From Actinomycetota bacterium (GTDB lineage Bacteria > Actinomycetota > Acidimicrobiia > Acidimicrobiales > Ilumatobacteraceae): a DNA stretch of 56,319 bases. Shown here in pieces: positions 33,913 to 43,491 of this stretch (position 1 is its first letter; each line of letters starts with the position of its first letter). A model generated the notes under the pieces. That model had not been told where the DNA came from. It saw only the letters and a program-made list of their open reading frames with translations, and ran no database searches. Location: contig RFST01000001.1 of the NCBI GenBank assembly GCA_009923855.1, positions 1 to 56,319 on the forward strand, written 5' to 3'. A program made the position numbers and the translations under genes.

Positions 33913-36900
33913 TCAGTCGGGTTCGTACGCGAGATTTGGAGCGAGAAGCCGTTCAGCTTCGGCCATGGTGAGGCCTTTGCGTTGCGCGTACGACTCCACC
34001 TGATCGCGCAAAATGCGACCGACCCCGAAATATGTCGCGCTCGGATGAGCGAGGTAGAGCCCGCACACCGATGACGCCGGTTGCATCGCCCAGGACTCGG
34101 TCAGCGACATCTGCAGGCTCTCTTCGGCCCCGATGATGTCGATAATCGTGGCCTTCTCGGAGTGATCAGGCTGTGCCGGGTAGCCCGGTGCGGGACGAAC
34201 ACCGCGGTAGCCCTCCGCGATCAGTCGTTGGGGGTCGTCATCCTCGGCAGGGGAGTAGCCCCAGATCTCGGTACGCACCAGATGGTGGGCGTATTCTGCG
34301 AACGCCTCGGCGAGGCGATCGGCGAGAGCTTTCAGCATGATCGATGAGTAATCGTCGCCATCGTCGGAGAATCGAGTGGCAAGGGCGTCCTCCTCAATTC
34401 CCGCCGTCACAGCGAACAGACCGATGTGGTCGTTCACGTCGGCGTCGGCCGGGGCGATGAAATCGCTGAGGCACATGTTGGCCCGGTTAGAGACGTCCGA
34501 TTTCGCGAGTTGTTGGCGCAGGCCGTGAAGGACACGGGGTCCGCTCGCGGTGGTCACCACGATGTCGTCGCCGTCGGCATGCGCCGGCAGGATCGCCACA
34601 ACGCCGCGTGGCGTCAACCATGCCTCGTCGTGCATTTGATCCAGCATCCGAACTGCGTCGTCCATGAGGCCCTGCGCTGTCGCGGCTACCTCCGGATCCT
34701 CGAGCACCTGTGGGTAGCGAGCGCGCACGCCCCAGGTGGCAAGAAATGGTGTCCAGTCGATGAAGCGCCGCAACGTTGCGATGTCTGGCGTCAATTCGTG
34801 GATGCCCGGCTGGCGCGGAGCAGCCACCGTGGTGCCGTCGAACGTGGCACGGTGGCGGGCATCGCGGGCTGCTGACAACGGCAGGCGGGTGCGGTCGCGC
34901 TCGGCCTCGGCATACCGGGCGGTGATCCGTTCGTAATCGGCATGTGTGTTGGCCATGAACACGTCGCGGTCGTGATCAGAGGTGACGGCGGAGATCACGC
35001 CGGAGGCGCGACTTGCGTCGCTGACATGGACCACCGGACCGCTGTAGGCCGGATCGATGCGCAGCGCCGTGTGCAGTTTCGACGTTGTCGCGCCCCCGAT
35101 CAACAGCGGGATCTGCAACCCGCGGCGCTCCATTTCACGGGCGACGATCACCATCTGGTCGAGTGATGGGGTGATCAGCCCCGAGAGCCCAACGATGTCG
35201 ACGTCGTTTTCGATGGCTGCATCGACGATGGCATCGGCGGGCTGCATCACACCGAGATCAATGACCTCATGATCGGCGCAGCCAAGGACGACGCCAACGA
35301 TGTTCTTGCCGATGTCATGGACATCGCCAGCGACGGTGGCGAGCAGCACTCGGGCGCCCGAGTGGGTCGATGACTGGGCGGTCCCGCGTTCGGCTTCGAT
35401 GTAGGGGGTGAGGGTGGCGACAGCCTGTTTCATCACCCGAGCGGACTTCACGACCTGTGGGAGGAACATCTTCCCGTCGGCGAAGAGATCACCAACGGTG
35501 TTCATACCCTGCATGAGCGGCCCCTCGATAACCTCCACGGCCGCCGCGCACTGCTGGCGTGCCTCCTCGACATCGTCGTCGATGTGGTCGCCAACACCAT
35601 GGATCAGGGCGTATTCGATGCGCGCCGCCACGTCGGTCTGGCGCCAGGAGTCATCAGCAACCGTTGCATTGTTGCCTGATGCGCCGGTGAATCCGGATGC
35701 GGCAGCGAGAAGGCGTTCCGCGGCGTCGGGTCGGCGCGCCAGCACGACGTCGGTGCAGAGTTCGCGCAGTTCCGGATCGAGATGGTCGTGGACAGCGAGT
35801 TGTCCTGCATTGACAATGCCGATTCGCATGCCCGCACGAATGGCGTGGAAGAGGAACACAGAGTGCAGGGCCTCGCGCACCCGGTTGTTGCCTTGAAAGG
35901 CGAACGAGAGGTTCGAGACGCCACCGGAGATGTTGGTCAGCGGGAATTCTTCACGAAGGGCCGCGGTGGCCTCGATCATGTCGAGGCCGTAACGGTCGTG
36001 TTCGGGAATACCGGTGGCCACGGCGAAGATGTTCGGGTCGAAGATGATGTCCTCGGGCGGCATCTGGACCTCGTCAACCAGAATGCGATATGCCCGACGG
36101 CAAATCTTTACGCGGCGTTCGACCGTGTCCGCTTGGCCCTGTTCGTCAAAAGCCATGACGATGACTGCCGCACCATGGTCGCGGCACACGGTCGCCTGTT
36201 CGCGGAACTCCTCTTCGCCGGCCTTCAATGAGATCGAGTTGACGACCGACTTTCCCTGGAGGCATCCCAGTCCAGCTTCGATGACGTCGAAACGCGAGGA
36301 GTCAACCACGACCGGCACGCGGGCGATATCGGGTTCGGCTGCGAGAAGGCGCAGGAATCGCGTCATCTCCGCGGCCGAGTCGAGAAGGCCCTCGTCCATG
36401 TTGATGTCGATGGCCTGCGCCCCCGCAGCGACCTGCTCGCGCGCGATATCGAGCGCTTCGGTGTGGTTTCCCTCGGTGATCAGGCGGCGAAATTTCGCCG
36501 AACCGAAGACGTTGGTGCGTTCGCCGATATTGACGAACGGGATCTCATCGGTAAGGCGCAGTGGTTCAAGGCCGGAAAGTTCCAATAGTGGGCGGCGTTC
36601 TGGAACCTGCCGAGGGCGAGCGTCCTGCACGGCATCGGCGATCGCAGCGATATGTGCGGGAGTGGTTCCGCAGCAGCCACCGACGACGTTGAGCAGACCG
36701 TCGTCAGCAAACTCTGCCAAGAGGGCGGCCATGTGCTCTGGGCTCTCGTCGTAGCCACCTAGTTCATTGGGTAGGCCCGCATTCGGGTATGCACATACCA
36801 ACGTGTCGGCGGAGTCGGCGATGTCGCGCAGGTGGGGTCGCATATCGGCTGCGCCGAGCGCGCAATTCAAGCCGATGGTGATTGGCGTGGCATGTCGGAC

Positions 36901-37605
36901 CGAATGCCAGAACGCTGTTGCTGTCTGTCCCGACAGTGTGCGGCCTGACCGATCTGTGATCGTGCCGGAGATCATGATGGGAAGGTCGATGCCATGGCGT
37001 CGATGGAGTCGGCGGGCGGCCACGATGGCCGCCTTTGCATTCAAGGTGTCGAACACCGTTTCGATGAGCAGCAGATCAGCACCGCCCTCATGGAGACCGC
37101 GAATTTGTTCGTCGTACGCAGCGACGAGGTCATCGAAGTCCAGGGTGCGGAAACCGGGATCCTCCACCCGAGGCGACATCGACAAGGTCTGGTTCGTGGG
37201 GCCGATGGCACCGGCGACGAACCGGGGCCGGTCGCCGCCCACGGCATCGATTGCCTGGCGTGCGAGGCGCGCGGCAGCACGATTCATCTCGCCGATCAGC
37301 GATTCGCATCCGTAGTCGGCCTGCGCGATCGACGTCGACGAGAATGTGTTTGTGCAGATGATGTCGGCACCGGCGCGTAGATAGTCCGAGTGAATGTCAA
37401 CGATGACGTCGGGTCGGCTGAGAACCAGCAAATCGTTGTTGCCGGCCAGCGCATTGGCTCGATCTGACAATCCGTCGGGAGCGAAATCTTCAGGAGTCAG
37501 CTGCCGCTCTTGGATCTGGGTGCCCATGGCGCCATCGATGATCAGGATGCGCTCGCGGGCCTGCTCGTTGAGCAGTTGTCGGGTCGCGGTGCCGGTGGTG
37601 GTCAT
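33913..37605 (-). CDS. metH: Cobalamin-dependent methionine synthase
   Basis: 1230 aa containing the Hcy-binding, pterin-binding and B12-binding ([12 protein letters not shown], DxHxxG) modules and the AdoMet-activation module. Confidence 0.97.
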   Translation of the reverse strand: MTTTGTATRQLLNEQARERILIIDGAMGTQIQERQLTPEDFAPDGLSDRANALAGNNDLLVLSRPDVIVDIHSDYLRAGADIICTNTFSSTSIAQADYGCESLIGEMNRAAARLARQAIDAVGGDRPRFVAGAIGPTNQTLSMSPRVEDPGFRTLDFDDLVAAYDEQIRGLHEGGADLLLIETVFDTLNAKAAIVAARRLHRRHGIDLPIMISGTITDRSGRTLSGQTATAFWHSVRHATPITIGLNCALGAADMRPHLRDIADSADTLVCAYPNAGLPNELGGYDESPEHMAALLAEFADDGLLNVVGGCCGTTPAHIAAIADAVQDARPRQVPERRPLLELSGLEPLRLTDEIPFVNIGERTNVFGSAKFRRLITEGNHTEALDIAREQVAAGAQAIDINMDEGLLDSAAEMTRFLRLLAAEPDIARVPVVVDSSRFDVIEAGLGCLQGKSVVNSISLKAGEEEFREQATVCRDHGAAVIVMAFDEQGQADTVERRVKICRRAYRILVDEVQMPPEDIIFDPNIFAVATGIPEHDRYGLDMIEATAALREEFPLTNISGGVSNLSFAFQGNNRVREALHSVFLFHAIRAGMRIGIVNAGQLAVHDHLDPELRELCTDVVLARRPDAAERLLAAASGFTGASGNNATVADDSWRQTDVAARIEYALIHGVGDHIDDDVEEARQQCAAAVEVIEGPLMQGMNTVGDLFADGKMFLPQVVKSARVMKQAVATLTPYIEAERGTAQSSTHSGARVLLATVAGDVHDIGKNIVGVVLGCADHEVIDLGVMQPADAIVDAAIENDVDIVGLSGLITPSLDQMVIVAREMERRGLQIPLLIGGATTSKLHTALRIDPAYSGPVVHVSDASRASGVISAVTSDHDRDVFMANTHADYERITARYAEAERDRTRLPLSAARDARHRATFDGTTVAAPRQPGIHELTPDIATLRRFIDWTPFLATWGVRARYPQVLEDPEVAATAQGLMDDAVRMLDQMHDEAWLTPRGVVAILPAHADGDDIVVTTASGPRVLHGLRQQLAKSDVSNRANMCLSDFIAPADADVNDHIGLFAVTAGIEEDALATRFSDDGDDYSSIMLKALADRLAEAFAEYAHHLVRTEIWGYSPAEDDDPQRLIAEGYRGVRPAPGYPAQPDHSEKATIIDIIGAEESLQMSLTESWAMQPASSVCGLYLAHPSATYFGVGRILRDQVESYAQRKGLTMAEAERLLAPNLAYEPD

Positions 37606-38450
37606 CGGTTCTCCAATGAGGTGACGATGTCGCTGACGAGCCCAGCGCGATTCAAGGTGTAGAGATGGAATCGGCTGTAGCCGAGTTCTTGCAGGGCGGC
37701 CATCTGCTCTGTGGCGCAGGCCACGGCTTCGGCCCGACTGTCGACGGCAGCGTTGATGCGATCCGTCAGGGAGGTGGGTACCTGGGCGCCGCAGCGGGCG
37801 GCAAAGCCGGTGATGCGCTCGAGAGGGTGGAGGGCCATGATGCCGGCGATCACGTCAATGTCGATATCGCGGGCACGCGCCGCGGCGATGTACCGATCGA
37901 ACAGCATCGGTTCGAAGAACATCTGGGTGATCGCGCACGTGGCTCCGGCGTCAATCTTCGCAGCCAGAACGTCGAGGTCGTGACCCAGATTCGGTGACTG
38001 CGGGTGCACCTCAGGGTAGGCGGATACGGTCACGTCGACGGGGGTGGAACGCGTGGCGGCGCGTTCGCAGATAGCGGCGACCAATTCGGCTGTGCTAGCA
38101 AAGCCGTCAGGGTGTGCGACATAGGGCTGATCGATGCCCTCTGGCGGATCCCCACGAAGCGCCACGATGTGCGTGACACCGAGGTCGAGATAACGGTCGA
38201 TCACTTCCGTGGCGTCATCACGGCTCACTCCCACACATGTCAGGTGTGCGGCGATGGGGCAATCGGCGTGTTTGGCAACCGTTTCGATCGCGGCGAATGA
38301 GCGGTCGCGTTGGCCTCCGCCAGCGCCATAGGTGACAGACACGAATTCGAATCCGCGCCCGTTGAGGGCGCGCACGGTGTCGGCGAGTCGTTCTCGGCCG
38401 GTGTCGTCGGCAGGAGGAAAGACCTCGTAGGAGAGACGAAGGGGACTCAT
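37602..38450 (-). CDS. metF: Methylenetetrahydrofolate reductase
   Basis: SYEVFPP..., [19 protein letters not shown] chose the ATG at 38450. ATGA overlaps occur with both the upstream regulator and downstream metH. Confidence 0.9.
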   Translation of the reverse strand: MSPLRLSYEVFPPADDTGRERLADTVRALNGRGFEFVSVTYGAGGGQRDRSFAAIETVAKHADCPIAAHLTCVGVSRDDATEVIDRYLDLGVTHIVALRGDPPEGIDQPYVAHPDGFASTAELVAAICERAATRSTPVDVTVSAYPEVHPQSPNLGHDLDVLAAKIDAGATCAITQMFFEPMLFDRYIAAARARDIDIDVIAGIMALHPLERITGFAARCGAQVPTSLTDRINAAVDSRAEAVACATEQMAALQELGYSRFHLYTLNRAGLVSDIVTSLENR

Positions 38451-39403
38451 TGGTTTCTCGTTGTTGTGGTGGCTTGCCAGATGCAGACCGGTAGGAGGTC
38501 GCCAGCGGAATGATCGATGCGATGCTCGGTGAGGTCGCCGAAACCCACCCCGTCGCACCAGCGTTCGATTTGTTGGCTGGTGAAACCCAAGCGGCGGTGG
38601 GCATGTTCGGTGCGCAGGGTTTCGTCTTGATGCGCGAGGAGGTCGACGATGATGAGCGTGCCGCCCGGTTTCAAGATGCGCGCAGCCTCGCGCAGCGCCA
38701 TGTCCGGCGAGTCGAGAAAGTGCAGAAGTTGATGCGCCACCGCCAAGTCGAATGTGTGATCAGGCAGGCCGGTTGCGGCGACATCGGCCTGTCGAAGTTC
38801 GATTGCCGCACCGACCGTGCCGTCAACTGCGGTTCGGGCGTGTCGGAGCATCGTGTGGTTTGAGTCGATGCCGACGGCATGCGTCGCCAACGGCGCCAGT
38901 AGCGACAGGACGCGACCGGTTCCTGTACCGAGATCGACGATCGCGTCGCGGGTGATGTTGCTCGCCATCACAATGTCCAACAGCCGGGATTCCACGCCGG
39001 CATCTGGTGTGATGCGGGAGCGTTCCCGGTCCCAGGTCGGAGCGAGGCGAGAGAAGTGTTCGTCAGCTTCGCGGCGCCGACGGTGACGCTCTGCGTCCAA
39101 CCGGGCGGCATCGGTGCTCATCTGGTGATCGCTGTCGTCGATGCCATCCACGAGCGCGAGAACCGCCGCGGGGATCTGCGGTGCTCGGTGGTAGTAGACC
39201 CACGATCCTTCGCGATGGCGCGACAGCAGTCCGGCATCGATGAGGATGCGTAGATGTCGGGAGATGCGTGGTTGGGAGTGACCGGTGATGGCGCAGATAT
39301 CCGACACCGTGAGTTCGCCCTGTTGCAATAGGCGTAGTAGGCGAACCCGTGTGGGTTCGGCGACGGCGCGCAGCACGGTGACGACGTCATCGAGTGCGGG
39401 CAT
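38447..39403 (-). CDS. ArsR-family wHTH regulator fused to a SAM-dependent-methyltransferase-like domain (SahR-type)
   Basis: N-terminal ArsR HTH: LRAVAEPTRVRLLRLLQQGELTVSDICAITGHSQPRISRHLRIL. C-terminal class-I MTase fold: IVDLGTGTGRVL (motif I) and ILKPGGTLIIVD. It is the first gene of the metF-metH operon. Confidence 0.85.
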   Translation of the reverse strand: MPALDDVVTVLRAVAEPTRVRLLRLLQQGELTVSDICAITGHSQPRISRHLRILIDAGLLSRHREGSWVYYHRAPQIPAAVLALVDGIDDSDHQMSTDAARLDAERHRRRREADEHFSRLAPTWDRERSRITPDAGVESRLLDIVMASNITRDAIVDLGTGTGRVLSLLAPLATHAVGIDSNHTMLRHARTAVDGTVGAAIELRQADVAATGLPDHTFDLAVAHQLLHFLDSPDMALREAARILKPGGTLIIVDLLAHQDETLRTEHAHRRLGFTSQQIERWCDGVGFGDLTEHRIDHSAGDLLPVCIWQATTTTRNQ

Positions 39404-39414
39404 TGCATAAGGAT

Positions 39415-39430
39415 ATAACGAGATCGTTAT
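39415..39430. promoter_or_regulatory. Candidate operator: 16-bp palindrome ATAACGA-ga-TCGTTAT
   Basis: 7-bp perfect arms, 12 bp upstream of the ArsR-type regulator's ATG, inside a conspicuously AT-rich divergent intergenic region. Function is inferred only. Confidence 0.35.
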
Positions 39431-39492
39431 GCCATGTCAAGCAACATGATGTGAATAGCCGATCTCGCAGCCGTATTTGGGAGACTTGGCGG

Positions 39493-40905
39493 GTGGCACT
39501 GCTGAGCGCACTGGTTGGCGACACCGATACAGGGATTGATCGTGACGACCCTGCGGGGATAACCGTGGATGACGTCATGATGTCCTACGACGAACTACTG
39601 GCGCATGCGTCTGGCCTCGTTGGTCATATTCAGGGTGCGCGAGCGGTTGCGGTGTGTGCCGATGCGCATATGGACACCCTGCTCGGTGTGGTCGCCGGTC
39701 TGCTGGCAGGAGTACCGGTGGTGCCGATCGCTCACGACGCCGGTCCCAGTGAACGTGGGCATATTCTGCGCGATTCCGCCGCAGAGATGGTCCTCGGTGC
39801 ACACGATTGGGATGAGGTAGACCTGCCCACCATCGATGTACACGGCCCACCAGCATCATCGGTGCAGGCGAATGGTGCGCCCGGCAGGCTCATTATGTAC
39901 ACCTCTGGCACAACCGGTGCCCCCAAGGGCGTCGTGCTGCCCGACACCGCACTCGCAGCTTGTCTCGACGGATTGGCCGACGCGTGGCAATGGGCCCCCG
40001 ACGATCATCTCGTGCATGGCCTTCCGCTCTTCCACGTTCATGGTCTCGTGCTCGGCATGTTGGGCGGACTGCGTCGGGGGTGTCGCATCACCCACACCGG
40101 GCGGCCCCATCCGGATCGATATGCGGCGGCTGCAGCGCGCGGCGGAAGTTTGTTCTTTGGGGTCCCGACCGTGTGGGGGCGCATCGTCGCCGAGCCGACG
40201 ATTGCACGCAGCCTGTCGGGTGCGCGGGCGATCGTGTCTGGATCCGCTGCGTTGCCGGTCAGCACCTTCGCTGCGTTGACGGACCTGACCGGTGTCACGC
40301 CACTCGAGCGATACGGGATGACCGAAACCCTGATCACCCTGTCGACGCGAATCGATGGTGAACGTCGACCGGGTCATGTTGGGTGGCCCTTGGCTGGGGT
40401 GGAGACGCGGTTGCGTAGTGACGATGGCACCGAGGCGGCTCATGATTCCACCACCATCGGCACGCTGGAGGTTCGTGGGGCCACTGTCGGCGACGGCTAT
40501 CTCAACCGTGATGACGCCACCGCCGCGGCAACGACTGCCGATGGGTGGTTCATCACCGGCGACTCAGCGACCATCGGCCCTGATGGGACGCATCGCATCG
40601 TCGGGCGCACATCGGTGGACATCATCAAAACAGGTGGCTACAAGGTCGGTGCGGGTGAGGTTGAGGCAGCGGTGGCCGAGGTGCCGGGAGTGGAAGAGGT
40701 TGCCGTCGTCGGGATACCAGATGCCGATCTCGGCGAGCGGATCGTCGCGTTCGTGGTCGGCGACGGTGTCGACGAAGCCGGTGTCATCGGGCATGTCGCC
40801 GCGAGCCTGTCGGTCCACAAGCGGCCGCGGGAAGTCCGCCGCGTCGACACCTTGCCGCGTAATGCGCTCGGAAAAGTGCAGAAGGCTCAACTACGCGACA
40901 GTTGA
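39493..40905 (+). CDS. AMP-dependent acyl-CoA synthetase/ligase (ANL superfamily)
   Basis: AMP-binding motif MYTSGTTGAPKGV; YGMTE, TGD, GYKVG. The start is uncertain (GTG 39493 or ATG 39577); the track ATG at 39394 would overlap the divergent regulator. Confidence 0.85.
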   Translation: MALLSALVGDTDTGIDRDDPAGITVDDVMMSYDELLAHASGLVGHIQGARAVAVCADAHMDTLLGVVAGLLAGVPVVPIAHDAGPSERGHILRDSAAEMVLGAHDWDEVDLPTIDVHGPPASSVQANGAPGRLIMYTSGTTGAPKGVVLPDTALAACLDGLADAWQWAPDDHLVHGLPLFHVHGLVLGMLGGLRRGCRITHTGRPHPDRYAAAAARGGSLFFGVPTVWGRIVAEPTIARSLSGARAIVSGSAALPVSTFAALTDLTGVTPLERYGMTETLITLSTRIDGERRPGHVGWPLAGVETRLRSDDGTEAAHDSTTIGTLEVRGATVGDGYLNRDDATAAATTADGWFITGDSATIGPDGTHRIVGRTSVDIIKTGGYKVGAGEVEAAVAEVPGVEEVAVVGIPDADLGERIVAFVVGDGVDEAGVIGHVAASLSVHKRPREVRRVDTLPRNALGKVQKAQLRDS

Positions 40906-42138
40906 TGTGCATCGTCGTACGGCAAGGAACCGAATGGCGATACCGCTGACGAGAACCGCGACGCCACCGATCAGCGATGACGTGGGCAACGAGGCGATGA
41001 GAATGACGCACCCCACCAGACCGAGCCAGGCCACCCACCGCGGCCACAGCGTCTCTGATGCACGCAGTCTCAACGCGGCAGCATTCGTGAGGGCGTAGTA
41101 GGTGAGGACCGCCACGCCCGACACTGCAATTGACGACGTGAGCGACAAGGCGTTGACGACGATGATGGCGACAACCGCCACCGTGAACTCTGCTCGCAGC
41201 GGCAGTGCGCGACGACCGTCGATGTGTGCGAGTGTGCGGGGCATGTCGCCACGTCGCGCCATTGCGACGACTGTGCGGGCGACACCTGGCACCAAATTGA
41301 GCATCACGCCCGCGGAGGCGACGGTGGCGCCGACGGCCACGATCGGTTCAGCCCAACGCCACCCACGAGTAGCGACAACATCGGCAACCGGAGTAGCTGA
41401 CGCAGCAAGTCCGGTCGAGCCGAGATGAGAGATGACGACGGCACCAACCACGGCGTATAACGCGAGGACGGCACCCAGCGCCCGAGGAACCGCACGCGGG
41501 ATGGTCCGTGCAGGGTCGATAACTTCCTCGCCGAGAGTGGCGATGCGTGCATAACCGGCAAAAGCAAAAAAGAGCAGACCAGCGCTGCGGATGACGCCGA
41601 ACACGCCACCGTCAATGTTGATGTCGACAGCAATGGTGGCCGTTGGTCCACCGGTGAGCCCGGCAGCGATGCTGATCCCGATTGTGGTCAATGCCACGAC
41701 GAGCAGAATGCGTGTGACGCCCACGGTTCGTTCGAGCCCGCCGATGTTGATGACCATGACAACGACTATCGCGATGGATGCGACGAGGTCGGCGCGGTCA
41801 GCCCAGATGTGCGCGCCCACAACACTGGCCATCGCCGCAATCGATGCCGTTTTGCCAACGACGAAACCCCAACCCGCAACATGGCCCCACGAGGGCCCGA
41901 GGCGGATCGAGGCGTAGACATACGTGCCCCCGGACTCGGGGTGACGAGCTGCGAGTTGTGCCGATGATGTGGCGTTGCAGGTGGCGACGATGCCGGCGAT
42001 CAGGAGCCCGATGAGCAGCCAGTCGCCTGCGGCCGCGGCAGCCGGAGCCCACACGGCGAAGACCCCTGCGCCGACCATTGATCCGGCGCCGATGACAACT
42101 GCGTCGCGGACGTCGAGGCGACGTATGAGTTCAGCCAT
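40891..42138 (-). CDS. APC-family amino-acid permease
   Basis: VVIGAGSMVGAGVFAVW, CNATSSAQLAARHPESGGTYVYA, about 12 TM segments. I chose the ATG at 42138, which overlaps the upstream esterase stop by 8 nt. Confidence 0.85.
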   Translation of the reverse strand: MAELIRRLDVRDAVVIGAGSMVGAGVFAVWAPAAAAAGDWLLIGLLIAGIVATCNATSSAQLAARHPESGGTYVYASIRLGPSWGHVAGWGFVVGKTASIAAMASVVGAHIWADRADLVASIAIVVVMVINIGGLERTVGVTRILLVVALTTIGISIAAGLTGGPTATIAVDINIDGGVFGVIRSAGLLFFAFAGYARIATLGEEVIDPARTIPRAVPRALGAVLALYAVVGAVVISHLGSTGLAASATPVADVVATRGWRWAEPIVAVGATVASAGVMLNLVPGVARTVVAMARRGDMPRTLAHIDGRRALPLRAEFTVAVVAIIVVNALSLTSSIAVSGVAVLTYYALTNAAALRLRASETLWPRWVAWLGLVGCVILIASLPTSSLIGGVAVLVSGIAIRFLAVRRCTSTVA

Positions 42139-43066
42139 TGCCAACCACGTCAACAAACCATGTGCCGATGAGTTGGTGCACATCAGTGGCGCGACGCATC
42201 TGGTGCCAGCGGGCAATGAACCCGTGAACGACCCCGGGGATCCGATGGCAGGACGTCGTGACACCATCCGATGCCAAACGTGATGCGTAGGCCTCTCCTT
42301 CATCGCGAAGTGGATCGAATTCGGCAGTGACGATCAGGCTCGGGGGAAGCCCGCTCAGAGTGCTTGCGCGGGCGGGGACGGCGCGGGGGTCGAATCGTGC
42401 GTCCGGTGAATCCCCCAAGTACTGCGACCAGAACCATGCCATGTCGTCGGCACCGAGGAAGTATCCGCTCGCATTGTCCACCATGGAGCGATACGGCGTC
42501 GGATCGTCATCGACGCAGGGGTAAATCAGCACCTGGGCGCACGGCGTGGGACCATCGCTGAGCGAACGAAGAGCGACACCGGCTGCCAGATTGGCCCCAG
42601 CGGAATCGCCTGCGACGGCGATACGAGTGGGGTCGCCACCCCACGCTGCGCCATCGGTCCGCAACATCTCAAATACGTCCCAGCAGTCATCGTGGGCAGC
42701 GGGAAAGGGATGCTCTGGAGCACGGCGGTAGTCCACAGACACGACGAGTGAGCCGGTGACAAGCGCGAGCCGGCGTGCGAGGTGATCATGGCCATCGACA
42801 CTGCTGAGGACCCAGCCGCCACCGTGAGCGAACAGGATGATCGGCCGGCCGCTCGGCGTGCTGTCGACGCAGTAGCAGCGCACCGATATCGACCGATCGT
42901 CCGTCGCGACCTGACGGTCAACGACATGGGCAATGTCGTCCGCTGGGGGGCGAGGAGCGGTGTCGTAGTTCTTGCGTGCTGTGGCAATATCCCCATCGGT
43001 CAGCGCCGGAGATGCCCCGTCGGCTATCGCCGCGACCAGCACGGCGACATCGGGGTCGAGCGGCAT
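42131..43066 (-). CDS. Alpha/beta hydrolase, hormone-sensitive-lipase-like esterase
   Basis: HGGGW oxyanion motif (LFAHGGGWVL) and GDSAGANL nucleophile elbow. Confidence 0.88.
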   Translation of the reverse strand: MPLDPDVAVLVAAIADGASPALTDGDIATARKNYDTAPRPPADDIAHVVDRQVATDDRSISVRCYCVDSTPSGRPIILFAHGGGWVLSSVDGHDHLARRLALVTGSLVVSVDYRRAPEHPFPAAHDDCWDVFEMLRTDGAAWGGDPTRIAVAGDSAGANLAAGVALRSLSDGPTPCAQVLIYPCVDDDPTPYRSMVDNASGYFLGADDMAWFWSQYLGDSPDARFDPRAVPARASTLSGLPPSLIVTAEFDPLRDEGEAYASRLASDGVTTSCHRIPGVVHGFIARWHQMRRATDVHQLIGTWFVDVVGNG

Positions 43067-43070
43067 TGCC

Positions 43071-43475
43071 TTAGCTGGTCATCGGAGCGCCATCGAGAAC
43101 ACGTCGCACCTCGGCGACGATCTTCTCGGCGGTTGCGCCCGGCGTCAACACCGCAGCAACCCCGGCGTCGGAGAGTTCTTGGAGGTCGTGATCGGGCACG
43201 GTGCCGCCGACAATCACTGGAATGTCCACGCCGCGAGCCCGCACCGCCTGAACAACCAGGGGAGCGAGGGTCATATGGGCACCGGACAGCATCGACAGAC
43301 CTATGGCGTCGACATCCTCATCGACCGCAGCTGCAGCCACGGTCTCTGGGGTCTGGAAAAGGCCGGTGTACACCACCTCGAATCCAGCATCGCGCAGAAT
43401 TCGCGCCACAACCTTCACGCCACGATCGTGGCCGTCGAGGCCAACTTTGGCCACGAGGATGCGTTCTCCGCTCAT
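43071..43475 (-). CDS. Cobalamin-binding small subunit of an acyl-CoA mutase (IcmB-like / MCM C-terminal-domain protein)
   Basis: RILVAKVGLDGHDRGVKVVARIL contains the B12-binding DxHxxG motif. 134 aa. GGAGGAAGAG precedes the ATG at 43475. Confidence 0.9.
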   Translation of the reverse strand: MSGERILVAKVGLDGHDRGVKVVARILRDAGFEVVYTGLFQTPETVAAAAVDEDVDAIGLSMLSGAHMTLAPLVVQAVRARGVDIPVIVGGTVPDHDLQELSDAGVAAVLTPGATAEKIVAEVRRVLDGAPMTS

Positions 43476-43491
43476 CTCTTCCTCCGATGTG

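Noticed and set aside
37602-38450. Looked for a SAM or cobalamin riboswitch in front of metF/metH
   Set aside because: Both genes start with ATGA overlaps onto the preceding gene, so there is no untranslated space. The only leader is the 89-bp spacer upstream of the ArsR-type gene, which is too short and lacks the conserved riboswitch cores I know.
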